Virus record (IMG/VR): IMGVR_UViG_3300024259_000011
Strand: one strand, 5' to 3'
DNA: 64,000 nucleotides
Source: a virus
Taxonomy: Duplodnaviria; Caudoviricetes
Shown here: piece by piece, positions 9,801 to 23,500 of the stretch
Numbering within the stretch: the stretch's first letter is position 1
Layout of the letters: every line of letters begins with the position of its first letter
Notes under the pieces: model-generated
Databases searched by the model: none
Told to the model about the DNA's origin: nothing
What the model saw: only the letters and a program-made list of their open reading frames with translations
Position numbers and translations under genes: made by a program

Positions 9801-10395
9801 AGTATTTAATGCTCACGTCATTTTTAACTTTTACGAGGTTTCCTGCGCCCGGGACAGGGGGCTTGGCTTCCATTAGCTGCTGTTTCGTAATGATGCCTGA
9901 CAAATAGTTGAAAGCAGCCGTCATAGCTGGTCCGGAGGCTCCCTTGAGAAGTTTTTTGTACGCATCAACCGACCTTTTACTAGTAAACTGTGCGACCGTA
10001 ATGTATAGATATTTGGTAATATCTTGGCTCATGAACCACTGAGACGCTACATCATCCGCAGCGAGGGTGTCTCTAACGGCACAGTCGAGCGTGATAGCCG
10101 TTGTCTCTTTGTTGCTTGTTTTAAAGCCCATCAACGTGCCCGCTTGGGCTAGCTGATCGCCTGTTCCCGCATCGAGCCCTAAGCCAACGCTGGAAAGAAG
10201 CTGCTCGAAACGGGCGCCGCCATCGACGCCTAGAGCATTTTGCAACTCGGCGCGCTTGAATACCGGAACATTTTCTTCAACAATGTGTGGGTTTCTTTCA
10301 AGCTCGATTTGACCGCCAAGTGTTTCAACGGTGACTACTTTGACAACCGCCGAAGGAAGCAAATCTGCTAAAAAGTTTAAGTCGTTACCAGCCAT
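6835..10395 (-). CDS. Large hypothetical virion protein
   Basis: 1186-aa uninterrupted ORF with 1-nt TAATG overlaps at both ends, inside the baseplate module. No enzyme motif recognised. Confidence 0.55.
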   Translation of the reverse strand: MAGNDLNFLADLLPSAVVKVVTVETLGGQIELERNPHIVEENVPVFKRAELQNALGVDGGARFEQLLSSVGLGLDAGTGDQLAQAGTLMGFKTSNKETTAITLDCAVRDTLAADDVASQWFMSQDITKYLYITVAQFTSKRSVDAYKKLLKGASGPAMTAAFNYLSGIITKQQLMEAKPPVPGAGNLVKVKNDVSIKYSSVQDIVNSIDSSTTGNAISEQDLMLAGFASIDTNGNTVYDFPIKFQFEVKSATPSHLSYYVCTLLNIEALLEDNNLNTTSVNMNANQYSMNGEWLTTVEAGELNLGDSRISDFRDVDDVVPAYTIDLSQVNILNRLASGAGQHFTTLPAYRHKYFSDVHLTSDSSRACGFLFGYSHLDFMKDNSMYGRFFDNVEDSLRDTVLRRCSIQEIKILRRRVKHHKQGAYARGFPNVYEPWDAEQVDHIVVSSKSNRTGKVPPTQRITVADTGERKGRKGGGGVREVELSHGDSNGKDFRIRHFTGKDMGVKDRTVGIYQYGVEITVRDYVPVYIARHLKRMQKQVARLREYEVFANIPVVNRYKMTYTDPHVGTKFVSPDGQRAKATVAIVAGEARSNTNTRNQTQVGHYDPTTNKFTREFLQFATSKYGRSRPWDAAPRAFVELMDLVVSEKMTRQKKEKMRKNLSSICNPRSGTPRGISAVIDTLEKYIKVVQDLISAETPASNSSAASNPSTPNGGSGVTNRTITYKTYFANDAFDSDAPPFTGASFLQMSAAGGPASLGLVSTSDYINRANEEITKYFISPTAIPSATSAFRCLSARTMNVLGPENTINLQTVRNRYKNSDGTNGPDMSAMTDSLKSLVQYIGSKRKADQVNVLTVDSKQRLGQALAPEFGATLMTKEQVDRELSDYPTAISPRAMTSGVEDGGTGTPFPSMFSLATLTVEEDDEIDFQDVFPSAMASTEWGADADTSDILGALQNLTAGYETEQETHFLLQMLTTTKRDYLHSTKQKPADPNAPNFSAMAVVFFMLEESAKMGAGSWESVFNHFASMLNKLPPSIQAAAISALNGDSVLDNIKNRMDQAHWDDPFYNMLYQLYFMMNVRVEFLAGYRPSNLQPKYEKSIGSEIWLPLEKSLVVTLNRREGTQILCRLRPYNNEAVRISFPKAMDLPIWNAKFILVGNGDAPLTGMKRKIGLTTPATQIVREGLHTD

Positions 10396-11531
10396 TATTC
10401 ACATTCTCCCCCGCATAGTTCATCAAGCAGTTGTGTGTCTTCCGACTTGTAAAGCACGGAACCCGGATCATCTGTTGCTTCGTAGCAAGAGAGCACACGG
10501 GACCAAGCCATTTTAGCCTCATCATCTGTCGCGATGTAAGTGCAAACCGATTTATCGTCAATCTCTTCATCTGATTTTACATCCATAAAATATTCCACAT
10601 ATGACGCATCAACTTTTGTTACATCAATTTTTGGGATCTGTCTGGGATCGAGTAGAATGTCATTCACAATAGCTTTCGGATACTTAACAAAACTCATGCG
10701 CTCCAAGCTTTGACCGGAGCGGTCACGGGGCTGTAATGTTTCGTCTTCCGTCACTTCCCATACCTCTACATAAAACTGGTCTACGGCTAAAGCAGAATTC
10801 TGTTCATTAACCTCTAGGATTAAATAGTTGTCGTCCACAACTATCATTGTCTCATCTGCAAATTTAGTTGTCAAGTAGTGCTCTGGTGGCATGGGTCTGA
10901 AATGATCGTAATCTGGAATGGGGGAGTTGTGGTCCCATTGTTCGTCGCCGGCATTAGGATCGCCAATGCTGCTCTCGCCTAACGGACTTGGATCTTTATA
11001 AATCTTCGTTGTGTAATCAATATCAACTTTAAGTTGAGGGATCTTTGTAATATTCTCGTATGAACTGCTGGCATATGCCATGCTAGCTGTAAACTTATTT
11101 TTAAGCGCTTTGATTTCCCAAGAGGGAATATACATCTGACGCTCTGAAACTACCGTAGAGTTACCCAATGGCAGAATATATGGCGCTCTGCTTGTCGCTC
11201 CTAAAAGGGCGCTGGCATATGTGCCTTGTGCCCCTACACCCATTGACTGCCCTTGTGGTGTCGCGTTCTTGACACGGCGAGTTAACTTTTTAACTTGCTT
11301 GGGCAGATCGCTATATGAGGTTTGTGCGCGTAAAGCGGGAGTTTGTTCTTGGATTCTGGCTTCAGTTGTGCCAGAGATCTCTGGTGCCCCAGTATACCGG
11401 CTGTCGTAAATAATATCTTCGTCGAAGAAAGCATAATAGGCAGGCGCCCACTTACCCTTGGAAAGTTTATATTTTCCATAAGATGTGAGGATAACCTCTA
11501 TTACTTCTTCTTTTTTATTAAAAAACGACAT
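10395..11531 (-). CDS. Virion structural protein, paralogue of 2576..3529
   Basis: The N-terminal 'IEVILTSYGKYKLSKG...YYAFFDEDIIYD' aligns by eye with 'LDAVLTDTGRYRLAKG...FALSDDEIDY'. Confidence 0.6.
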   Translation of the reverse strand: MSFFNKKEEVIEVILTSYGKYKLSKGKWAPAYYAFFDEDIIYDSRYTGAPEISGTTEARIQEQTPALRAQTSYSDLPKQVKKLTRRVKNATPQGQSMGVGAQGTYASALLGATSRAPYILPLGNSTVVSERQMYIPSWEIKALKNKFTASMAYASSSYENITKIPQLKVDIDYTTKIYKDPSPLGESSIGDPNAGDEQWDHNSPIPDYDHFRPMPPEHYLTTKFADETMIVVDDNYLILEVNEQNSALAVDQFYVEVWEVTEDETLQPRDRSGQSLERMSFVKYPKAIVNDILLDPRQIPKIDVTKVDASYVEYFMDVKSDEEIDDKSVCTYIATDDEAKMAWSRVLSCYEATDDPGSVLYKSEDTQLLDELCGGECE

Positions 11532-11536
11532 TTACA

Positions 11537-14500
11537 TTACCTCCTCCCCACGGATGGTGAGCCCCACGACGCCCCAACTGCGGCGGAAGCTGCCGCTGAT
11601 GTGCTTGCCCTCATGCTCATTCGTCTTGAAGATTCCAAAACACTGCTAGCAAGAGAAGTGACGGCAGAAGCCCCGCTTTCTCCCGTGTCCATCGTAGGCG
11701 CCATAGTAATCTGTTGGCTCAAGTCTTGCAGTTCAATGTCGCTTATTAGTTTCTTATTTTTGAGGCTAATCGACATGTCGAGTTTAGTTGTCTCGACCAG
11801 AGAGAAGAAATCGTATGGCCAGTTGTAACTCCAGTCAGGTGTAGTCGTGCTTGATGCATTTTTAAACTTGAACCTAAACCTGCTATCGTCTGTGTCATCT
11901 GAGGTCTTCGCAAAGTAGTTAATCGCTGCACGTTGCTTAATCTTGAACACCATAAATCGGATTTGCGGAGGTACTTTAGTACCGCCAGTATCAGATGCTG
12001 CCCCAAGAAGCTCCAGAACATTAAGATCATGCGTGACCGACTTCGTTACCTGCTTCATAACCTTTCCAGAATCGGGGTACAATCCCTGCCACATATCTGC
12101 CAAATCTTGACCATCAAACTGATGCTCAAATTCAAACATGTACATTGCGTACGGATTTGCAGTGTCGTTGCGAGCAAAATCCAAGTGAGGGGGAAGCACA
12201 TAATCTTCCATTAGGCGCATTTGCCTTAAGACAGAAGCCCCAAGGTTCACTTGCAAGCCACTTTTCGGAGACTTGGCTTTGCCTTCCAGCGACAGCCCGT
12301 TTTCAAGCGCTGACCAATAAGTAACATTCTCGTAATCATTGCGACCATAATACCGATCAATCTGATCTCTGTTAAGTTCCACAAAGTGGCGGCGACCTCT
12401 GACCATAATATAAGGCATCGCAACCACTGCCTCTTTAACCTTCTTAACTTCTGCTACTTGTCCAAGCTTCTTGGCTGTGGGGTCAAACCCCACTAAGGAG
12501 CCTAATGACCTTGTGAGTGCGGGGATGCCTGACCGGGGCAAGAACTTGCCCGAAGGCACTGTTCGTGGTGATCCTACGGCATCTTGTATCTTGTGAAGAT
12601 ATTTTGCAGGATTACCCAAGCCAAATCCTTGCAGCGTCATAATGGGACTGCGAAGGTTCATGTCGGCAGTCCGGACATTAGCAATATGAACCGGGTTGGA
12701 ATACCACATTTCAATCGGATCTATGATAAACTGTTCCGGAATACTCTTACCGCGATTGGCGTGGGATCCCGTACTGTTGGAGACCCAGCCAGCGGCGGTG
12801 GCGTCCCAACCTCTCATACCCAAAGGATAAATATCTTCAAGACTCCGGAGATGGTTGGTGCTATATGCGTTATCGGCGGCAAGACCCGGGAGAGTTCCGT
12901 CAGCATGGAAGCCCTGAACACCTGCTTTTTCGCCGCCGCCGCCGGTGCCTTGAGCAGTTAACGAGCCGCTACAATTTGCGGGAGAGTCGTTGCTGTCACC
13001 GGCATAGTAATAGTCGCTAGCCCATCTTTGGTATGAAGTTTCGCCGGCAGTAAAACCGCTGATCAAACGGTTGCCGTTCGGGAAGACAGGCGCCGTTCCG
13101 GAAAGCGGACCATCGATAATATGATCTGCAACAAGCTGGCGGTTGGCTGGGGTGTCTCCGCCGCCTTCGCCCCTTCTAGAATACGAGCCAGTATATCCAC
13201 AAAGAATATCAGCCTTTCCTTGACCAACTGAACTGGAGACAACGTAGCTTGTATTAAAAGTGTTCGCAGGAATCTTTCCGCCGACCAGCGGTCCATAGTG
13301 TGCAGTGCCTTGGGCGCTATGGGTCAAGTGAAGGAGAGTGCCCGTAGAGAATGTTTTAACCTCATAGCCCAGCTTATTTGTATAGTACGGATGAGTGTTG
13401 TCATACGCATGGCTATAGAAACTAGCACCTAGGGCATCGCCAAAGGAACCTGTTCCAATGTTATTGGAGAAGTGAGGTTCTTCTGGAATAACGCCTCTCT
13501 TGTTCTTATGGAGCGGACTTCTGTATCCTGCTGCCAATGCAGCCACATCTACGTTCGGGTTGTTTGGCACAGAGTGCTCCCATTGGCTATAATAATTTCT
13601 GAATGGGATTGGTCCGCCTTCGTCATTGAAGGAGCCTGTCAGTTTTCCGATGCCCATTAAGCGCTGTCTGGCAGAGCTTGTGCCCGGGTAGCCTCGATTG
13701 AGATGGGTCTGCAAATCGATAGGAGAAGCGGCTTTGGTGGCGCCGCCGGCGAGATTGGGACCGCCTATGTGACCGTAGTTGAAGTTCGGCAGATTTTGAT
13801 CAGTTGCTGCGTTGCCGGTGGTGATGTTGAATCCCGTAGCGGAGGACCATACTATGTTTGCGGAGCCGGCGTCGGTTACACCGGTGTCATTGCCTGCTTG
13901 TCCGCCTTTTACGGATCTTAAGATAATGCGGTCGGTCCCAAGACCATGCTGAGCATGGGCGGTAGCCTCGATTGTTGACCCTTGTAGCGTGTTAATACAC
14001 AAGACTATAGCCGTTGCAACTACCTGATTGGATACGCCCGATCTGATAAATTGTCCGTTGGCGGCGTCGGTGGCATCTTTCGCGGTATATACTTGAGATG
14101 CGCCGGCGTAATCTGTAATCGTTATAGTCTGGTTCAACGCAGGGGGAGTAGGCGTGCCGTCAGGATCGCCATCAACTTGAAAACTTGCCATGGCATGTGT
14201 ACTAGTGCTTCCGCCGGCGTGGGCTGAGCCGCTGATAATATTGGAACCGGTGACTTCGGCAGTAATATAGAAGCCTCGTTCATAACAAGGGGCGCTACCG
14301 GAGATGCCCGGGGCAACTGCTGAAGTTCTCGTAATCGGACAGCCCCAAGTTGTATCCAGAATCGTTCCGTCGTCTGCAGAGATAAGTTGCAAGTGGGTCA
14401 TGTCTGCAATAATGCCAGCAAGCGAACCGGTTGACATCAGACGCCAGCGCATATATTGCTGTGCGCCGGAGTTGTCCTCTCGGGCTCCGGACCTTCCAGA

Positions 14501-17500
14501 TACCATATCTGGGTTATCGATGGTTTGACGACTGACGATAAATGCGTCTGCAGAGCCCGAGAAAGAACCACTGAATCTATAGCCTTCGCCGGCGAGGAGA
14601 ATGCCGTTAGTCTTGTTAACAATACTATTGGTAAACGTTCCTGAGATATGTCCGTCCCAATCTACTGCTCCATAATATTCTGTACTACCCGACTTCCAAG
14701 TTCTGAGGTTTGCGGTCGATCCGCAATTCCAATCCGGCGAGCCTGTGACTTGTAGCCATTTTGGATTTGCAATAGTCATCTCGGTGCCATGAAGGGTATA
14801 CGGCTCTGGGATGTCTCCAATCTCTAAATAGATTCCCTGCGAGGCTGACGGGATTTCGCCGTACTGGTGCCACATTCCGATTGGTTCGCAAAGACCAGCA
14901 TATCCATGATGATATCCGTTTCTCTCAACCAGACAAGAGCCAGAAGCAGAGCCAGAAAGTGTTGGCGCAGACTGGTTGTCCGTCAAGCCATACCCAAAGT
15001 GCAGGATTGGAGTCTCAAACTTAGTTTCGATAACCCAAGCAGAATTTCTAGTGCTTGTATCCAACGAATCGGAAACCGATAGCGGCTGACCGGTGAGAGC
15101 GTCGTAAGTAACTTCCTTGATTTGGGTTTTGCCCTTAATCTTAACTGCTGCGTCAACTTGCATTGCGTTAACGTTCATCGCATAGCCCTGCGGACCAACC
15201 GTACCCCAATCGCCGTAAGCGCCGGAAACATAGTCGAACTCGTATCTCAGGAAGTTAACAGTTGTATTCTCCCAGATATCATCAAGATAGTGCTTGCCTG
15301 TTCTGGTCGGCTTAAAGGTTACTAATGCCCATGCCTGCCCGTCGTAGTATGGAGGAGTGAACGGGGCATTGTATCCATTGGTGCTGTCCTTCATTCCATA
15401 AGTTGTGCCAATCCTGTCAGCTACCTTGCCAACTGTACCGGAGCCGGGAACGTGTGAGCCTGCGCCGGCGGCAAAGGACATAGACATCGGAGCCACAGAG
15501 CCAGTATACATATATTCAAGTTCTGGTTGGAAAGCATACCCGCCGGCGCATGGAGGACCAAAGGCGCTCGGGCGGCTGTACATTGTGATCGTTTCCGGCG
15601 CGATGATTTGTGGACGAGGATACTGTGATTCTTCCTTGGCATAATCTTGTCCATATGGGCTCTGATAGTCTGCAATTGGGTTACCGACTCCGAAGCCACC
15701 GTCGCTTGTCCATAGCCCGCCATCATCAGCCGCCTGAGAGTCACCGCCATCGGGGTCATAAGAGCCGGATGTGCTGCCGCCGAAGGCACCATATTCGACA
15801 CCCTCAGTCAGCGCGCCGCCGAAGCCCCGTTGGTATCCGCGTGCCTCCATTCCGACCACATCTGTGTAATAGCAAGGCTCGTATTGTCCCAAGAAAGGCA
15901 TGGTGCCACTTGGAGTCCCAGCGTGGGTCAGAGTTGGTATTGGCTTTAGAGGACCACGGTGGTTTGCCCAGTGGTTGCTGGAACTAGGAGTCGTAGACAC
16001 TGCAACAGATTCTTGAGACTTCCAGACCTTGACCATCATTCTATATTCCGGAATGATCTGATCTCCGTTGTGTACAACTGCGCTGACTTGACCAAAGTTA
16101 CCATCACTTTCAGGCAAAGAAGTAAACGACTGCATTTTTCCATCTGCGAGGAAGAAGCTGGGTACTTCTGCCAAGAAGTTATGCATCATCATCTTGTACA
16201 ATGGATCACCTTGACCATTCCAAGAAGCAGTAACATTCATGGACGCACTCGGGTGAGGCTCCATATCAACCAGTGGAACGTTTGTAAGATATTTTTCTGG
16301 CTCCACCAAAGTTTCAAATGGGAGCCGGTTGTCGAAGTATTCGTTTAGAATCTGGTAGTTCCTGCCGCCGTCACGGTCAACCGATGAAGTGGTGGCTAGT
16401 TTTCTGTTCAGAACAGGATAATCTACGGCGATACCGGATTTGATTGTATTAAAGAGGATGCCGGGAGCCATGAAAGGACCGTAAAACGGGCGTTTTGCTG
16501 CTGCCGCATTTCGACCATGAGTTTCAAAACCACTGCTGTAACGCTTTCCAGATCCACCAACTCTCGGACTAGTGGGATCCACGATTTCATCAAGATTAAA
16601 GTCATATCCGCCTTTGTCCACGTCACTGTAGAACATTGCAGTTGTGAGAGTATGTGCGGTGTTAGTACCACCACCAGCGAAGTTGCTACCGATGTGGATG
16701 CCGGTACAGTTTTCAGACATTGTTCTGTTACCGTTGGAGCCGGCAAGAACGCTTATAATAGTAAGTTCTACATATGAGCCGGCAACATGGGATATGTAAG
16801 CGATGAGCGTGTTTTTATGATCGCCGCGTTCAATAGCGTGGCGGAACGCATTTGCTCGCTCGATTGCTCCAGCAACCGTAGTAGCGGTACTCATTTTTTC
16901 CCAGCCAACCGTGTCGGTGCCTACAGTGTTTGCTTGTGCCACCGTGTAGATTACTGTATTATTAGAATAATCAGCTATAGTGAGAGCTTGACCGACTGAT
17001 GGTCCCGCGCTGTTGATAACAAACTGAAGTTTTGCGGCGGCGGCGCCGATAAGCATTGATCCATAGACTTGTCCTTCCGGAACTCTGTGCCATGGGTTAA
17101 ATCCATACCACGGCAAGGCGCTCTTCGGCGGTCTAATTGAGCCCGAACTGTCTGCTCGAACAAAAGAAGACGGCTTATCATTAACACCCATATCGGATTT
17201 AAACGTAACATGTTCGTCGTAACTGTTAATAAACTGCTTGCAAAGGTCTACAGTGCGAAGCTGCGGGTAAAAGCCTTCATACGGCAGGAACTTGAGAACC
17301 GCATCACATGTCAGCGTTAGCTGATATGGCTCTGCAATGTCTGTGTGCTTGCTGCGAATCGCATCAAAGAGAGCCGGCTTTGCAGTAATAGCATAATCGG
17401 AAACAAAAGACGAGGTAACAGTACTGCCAATTTTGGCTGTGTGCGAGGAACCCGTCAGTGGTCCACCGGCAGAAGAACTTGGGTTGCCAATAAGAGAGAG

Positions 17501-20500
17501 CCATTCGCTATCTCTAGACTTAAAGCGACCCTGCTTGTCGAGAACAAAGAAGGGGATCCTGTCGCTAATGCGATATTCCGGAAGCACTTGTCTGTCTTGT
17601 GATTTTCCTCGCATTTCCTCAAACCAATCTGAATAGTTGGCATAGAATGGAGCCTTGCCAGACTGCTCTGGCGCCTTCCATTTCCAGTCGCTGACGTAAA
17701 GTCCCTCGACTGTGTGTCCGATTGATCTTGTGAGTTGCGAAACGATGCGATCACCCAGATCGTATGGCTTAGGCGCTATAGATGAAGTGTGCGGAATTGT
17801 GCAAAATTGATTAGAGTTGATCCCGTCAGCAATACTGTATTCGTCGTTGTCATCGCTGGTCGCGTATTCGTGGTTTATACCGGGAAACATGGGACTCAAG
17901 CCATCACCCTTACCATAAGACGAAGCGCCAGTAAGTTCTGATGTTTCTGAGGCGAAGTTGAACCTTCGACTGTAAGCCGCTTTGCCGGCAGACGGCGAAC
18001 AATAACTGTCGCGTCCGACAAGCATGTGCGGTCTTGCATATGATGGTCCAAAAGCAATGTTTGACGCGGCGCAAACCACATAGCGCTCGGAAACCATGTA
18101 CCCTGCCGGATCGACCCGGGTGTTTCCGATCATCTCAGCTATATTCTGATAGGAGTTGACGGATACCGTTGAAGACGAGACCACTGGAATCCGGGTGCTG
18201 TCAGCAATATTCGTGGGATCCCAGCCATATTTCATGCCATTATGGAACCATGTGAACTGATTTTGTAGAATTCCGGGGGCGCCAAACGTGTGTGCTTTTT
18301 CGATGGAGCGACCGCGCATGAAGCCTCTGTTGTGGCTCAGCGCATCTGAACCCGATGCCCTAAATTGTGCAGCCTCTAGCGATCCATCGACGCCTCCTGC
18401 TCTTGCGCCGAGCATATCCTTTCTGTCAGTTAGCGCAGTGCTGTTGCGTTCAAGGTTAATACTTCCTCCGTCCATTGGCCAAACGCTGGCAGAGTATTCG
18501 ATATATTGAACGTTGTTTTCTTTTGACTCTTGGTTGTGGAAGACACTGTAAATCGTATCAGTTGTGCTCCAGTAATACGTCGATGCGTCTGGACCTAAGT
18601 GGAACCGAAAAGCCGTCCTAGGAGACCGGGGGTCACCGGTTTCGTCGAAATATGTCCTTCGACCAACTGGATCATAATCTACTAAGTGGGATTCGTCGTC
18701 AAGATGCTGCATTTCCGCGTCGTCGTCGGCTGCCCAAAAGCCTGCATCAAAACGGGCGCGGCTACGATAGCCGGCGCGACCAACATTTTTTGCTCTCGGG
18801 AAAATGGTTTCCCTGTATATTAAGCTTACTAATGTGTATGCATTGTCACCATTAATATCCGTCTTTTCCGTGTACATTTCATACAGATCATCAAACACGG
18901 TTCTTTCACTCTTATAGTTTAATAAACCTACATCTGTGTTAAGCTTGTTGATTGGGAAGTTTTTGAGATTGTTTTGATATGTACTCTTAACATAAAGCAG
19001 ATCTTCGGTTGTAGAATAATGGGTACCTTCGGGTCCGCCCATAGTTCCCAAGCCCGGGCTGAAATGTGCCTCAGTAAAGTCGCCGACCTGAATGGTGGTG
19101 ATCATCGACTTAGAGGACCGGTCTACAACTGGTACATAATAGTGATGGTGCGTTCTTTCTGCCGTGTTGATGTGACCTAAGCGCTTGAATGCCGCAACAG
19201 CATCCTTGCCTCGCATTCTACTCTTGTATCTGCGGCGACCAACAAAGCCCGGGGCGGGGTTTTCAACCCTGTCAGACTGAGGATCTACCAAAACATAGCG
19301 GTTGTTCTCGCGCATGGTTCTTGCAAGAATGTGCTCGCCGGTACGAATCTGCTTCCATGTCGGATATCCATACGGTCCATTGCGTTTCCACATCAAGCTA
19401 TTGAAGATGCTGGCAACAGACTGGTTAATGGCATAATGCTGATGATCTGTGGAAGAGGGTGTAAAGTCTACATTCTCATGAGTAAACGTCCCTGCTGCGC
19501 CTGACCAGTACATGGGGGTCACGTCATAGCGAATCTTCTCGTTATCCCATAGATCCGGGCTGGTGCCATCGGAATCACCAACAAAAGCACCCTGAAGGTG
19601 GATTTTCTCGGAGTTGTGGATGGTGGGACCAATGCCGGAAACCGATTCGCGACCATCGTTGAACAAGAACGTGCCGTTAAGATAGTTATGCAAGCTGCCA
19701 ATGCGAGAGCCATATGCAAATCCGCCGCGTCTATCGTTTGTGTTCGCGCCGATAACCTGCTTATCGTCTGCTGGCAAGATGCCGCCTGAAGCAAAGAAGC
19801 CCAAAGCGACAGCGCCTGAAGCGTCTGAGAGCCATGTGTTCTGCTCTTCGCGGAGATTTAGGTTGAGCGTCTGGACGTTTGGAATATCCTGATAGCCCAG
19901 AGACTTAGCGATACCAAAATATCGGAAGCCTCGGTCGTCGCTGTTGGCGTGAGTGTCCGTGTCGCCGATGGCACTTCCCGCATCGCTAGCACTGTTAAAC
20001 AAGATCGGGTCAACCGGTCGAGAGCCGGTGAGTGTCGGGATGTTAAGAGACGATAGGTGGTACCCGTAACCTAACTGTGGAAGTGTTGAATCGCTGCCAG
20101 ACGGCGCCAAAGACGCACTAATCCAAGCATACTGATAATCATTTTGCGGGATTGGGCGAGTTACATAGTCGTTATCGTAACGCCACCTATCGACAACAGC
20201 GGGAAGCGCGCCGGCGCCCATTTGAGTATCCCCCCATGAAGTGCCCTGTTCGCCGACTGCGGCGCCTCCGTCAACAGTAAACCAAGTCCCAAGCTCGTTA
20301 CGGGCTTCTGCGGCGTTGCTCCAATCAATAGAGTTGGCTAAAGTCCCGCTCAAGGCGTAAGTCAGAATGATAACTTGATAGTAGTTTGACGATCTGTTAG
20401 TGTAGTCTGAGACACCAAAGCCTGTTGTGCCCTTGATCGCATTTCCAAGTGCAGTTATATTTGCAGCACTATCAGCGATTGCAGAGGCTGTAGTGTGAAT

Positions 20501-23500
20501 ACCAATGAGATATGGATCAGCCGCTGTACCCGCTTTTGTAAGGTCGGTAACATCAACGCCGGTGTCGTCAACGCTGTTTTTCCATTGATAATGGTGTGAT
20601 GAGCCGGTGGCATCTTGAATAATAACTGTGGAGCCGGCGGTGGGTAGTGTTGAGTATAGGTTACCAATAGCGACCTTTCTTGCTACCGAAGTAGGATCTA
20701 AATCTGCCTCTTCATCGCTGCGACCGCTGCGGAATCCAAAACTCGGGTTTCTGTTGACCTTGTGCCATGATGCCTGCGTATCGTAAGTACCGGCAGTTGC
20801 ACCACTTGTGACAGTCGGCAAGCCGAACCTGCCCATGGGAAGGCGACGGAGTGACTGCAATCCCAATCGTGGGTGTGCAGCCATATCGTGGGTGCTTGCG
20901 CTAATGTTGTATTGCTCACCGCTTGAAGAGCCTAAGACTTCAAGGTTCCGCCATGGGTATGCGTTGTATACAGAATATTCTTCTGCCGCGAGGTCAAGGA
21001 ATCCCTTGGATTGGTTTCTTGGACCGCCGGGAGCAGAGAACCTGTTTGCGAAAATTGTATCTAAGTTAGTGCTGGAAGACGCTCTATTCTGAACTTCAAA
21101 ATCCATATAAACGTGTTGATCATCAGTGCCAGCGCCGCCACCCTTAATCGCAGAAACAATAACTCTTGCGCCGTCTGCAACTGAGGCTGAAGAGTGGGGA
21201 TCTGCTAAATAGTTATATACAAAGACATCTGTGTTGTCTGTAGAAGAAAGGTGTTGGGGATCGCCGGTCGTGCTGTTTGGCAAGAATGAGTGGCGCTGAG
21301 TCAAGAAAGTCTCGACATGTGTGGTCGCCGGAAGTTCTACAATGTTGGTTGGCGTAGTGGCGCTCCATGACGCGCTGACGCCTGCAGTGTTGACATTGCC
21401 GCTAACTTCTGCGAACGAACCTGTCTGCAAAATATTGCGAACCGATTGGTTGTCTCTTAGGAACGGCTTCTGCACAGAACGTCCGACTGTGTGGACGACC
21501 TCGTAGTTCTTTCTGTAGTTCCCAATGATCGTTCTTGCGGAACCGGTAGCAATCTGGTTATGGTAGTCAATAACCCAAGTGTCAGCAGTACCAGTGGCAG
21601 GTGTGAGAGGCTGAGTGTTATAAGCAAACTGAGTTGCGACGGTAGAGTTCTGGGCTGCCGTAAGGTTATAAATGCCGTACAGTGCATCGTCCTCCCATCT
21701 GGTGCCTAGGCGGTCTGTGTCGTATTCGTTGCGCCCGTCATAGAACAATACAGAGTTCTTGCCCTGACTTGTCAGAGAATGATCGCTGCTGTGATCACCC
21801 ATTCTCCACCATGCCAACAGGCTACCAGTATCAGACTGATAAGCCAGAGTCCTCACCACGAATGGCGGACCTCCAGAAGCGGTGTTGGGGTGTGAATAGT
21901 AACCCCCGTTGCCCATTAGTTCTCGGACTTCGCCTTGTGATAGCGGTCGATTCCAAATGGTAATGTCGTCTATTGAGCCACTAAACTCATATGATGCTGG
22001 AGCGCTGATATTTCCGCCGATTACGACTGCCGGGGCGATATTAAGCGCATTATTTGAACTGTCTTTGCGGAAGGCGTGTGAAGAAGTCATTTCAATGACA
22101 AACTTGGCGGGTGCGATGTTGGTCGTTACAGTCTGCTCCGTACCGTTAAGATAGACTTTCGGCTTCGCGTCGGTGTCAATCTCAAAGCCGTCTGAGCCGG
22201 AAGTACCGCCCTGAGTCGCATCGTAAGTAACTGCTAAGTGCCACCAGCCCTCATTGTCTGTAAGATATGAGCCGCTTTCATCACTGTTAAGTGTCATTGA
22301 GCCTGTGGCTGTAACCCACTGAGCGTGGCGACCATATGTCGTTTGTCCTTGTTCCTGCAGAGCATCGGAAGTTGTTGGCAGCCGAATCGACAAGAAGTCG
22401 TTAGCCGTTTTGTCGATTGTCCAGCCGCCATATTCGCCGCTAGGTCCATATTTAGCACTGCCCATAGTGATGAGGCGGCGGTTTGTGCCGTCATCCTTCA
22501 TCCACAGCCATGTAGAGTACGTGAACTTGGCATTGCTGCCTGAGAAGTAGAATGGGTTGCTAGAGTAGTCAGGAGTCTCCGAGTGAACATGCCGCACTGT
22601 GTTGGTGACAGCGGTGTATGGTCCGTAGATGGATGCGCTGACATAAAGAACATCACCAGCCGCATCTCCGGAGGCTGGCCAAGTAACACCCTTTGAGTTG
22701 CCAGCGTAAATGTTTACAACCTTGTGGCGACCAACGTTTTGTGTTTCTGGGTAAAGATAATAATCTCCCGCAGAAGCCGTCTTCATCTGAATGTTTCTGA
22801 TGTTAACTGGTCTCTTCGCGGTTTCATCGCGATAGTATCTACCGCCAATCGGTCGCCAGTTAGTAGCGTCACCTTGCGCGAAAGGATAAGGACCATGTGG
22901 GTATGGATAGTCTGGACCAACCAAACCAACGCCACCAGAAGTTGCGTCAATAACACCGTCTGAATAACTCATAGCCGTGCTTATGAGCATCAAGAAACCT
23001 TCTTCTCGATTTTGAATTGTGTGCGTTCCGTCGTTAACGTCGGCGTGTCGGTACCTTCGACCTCCAACATACTTTTCAGTAAACGGACCCTGCAGAGGTA
23101 GTTCCTTGTCTTCGCCGTATGTGTCTGTGTGAAGGTTAACTAAGTTAACACCTCGACCGAGACCACCAACCTTCGTAGTTATCTGTGATGGCGGGTCGAA
23201 ATAAGCTTGCCCAATCTTGTGAGTGTAAGTCCCATCAGAGCTAGTGCTGGTGATTGCTATGCCAGTGCCAGTGTATACAGTTAACTCTTGATTGATTAAT
23301 GCGGTGTAGCCTGCGTTAACATCCTCGGTGCTAGAAGAAATAACGTTAAAGGGCATGACCAAGTTACCACGGAATGTGGTGTATGACCCGGATCCCCAGT
23401 CTGGAGTATAAGCTCCGCCGGCAACATATTGCCCACCAGCGTTTGACTTGAAAGTTTCCCAGCCATCAATAACCTTATAACCTTCTCGTTTTACAACGCC

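Noticed and set aside
7453-21213. Intragenic ACTATTTA copies (7453, 10821, 21206) as promoters
   Set aside because: They are hundreds of bases from any start codon, and a few chance copies are expected.
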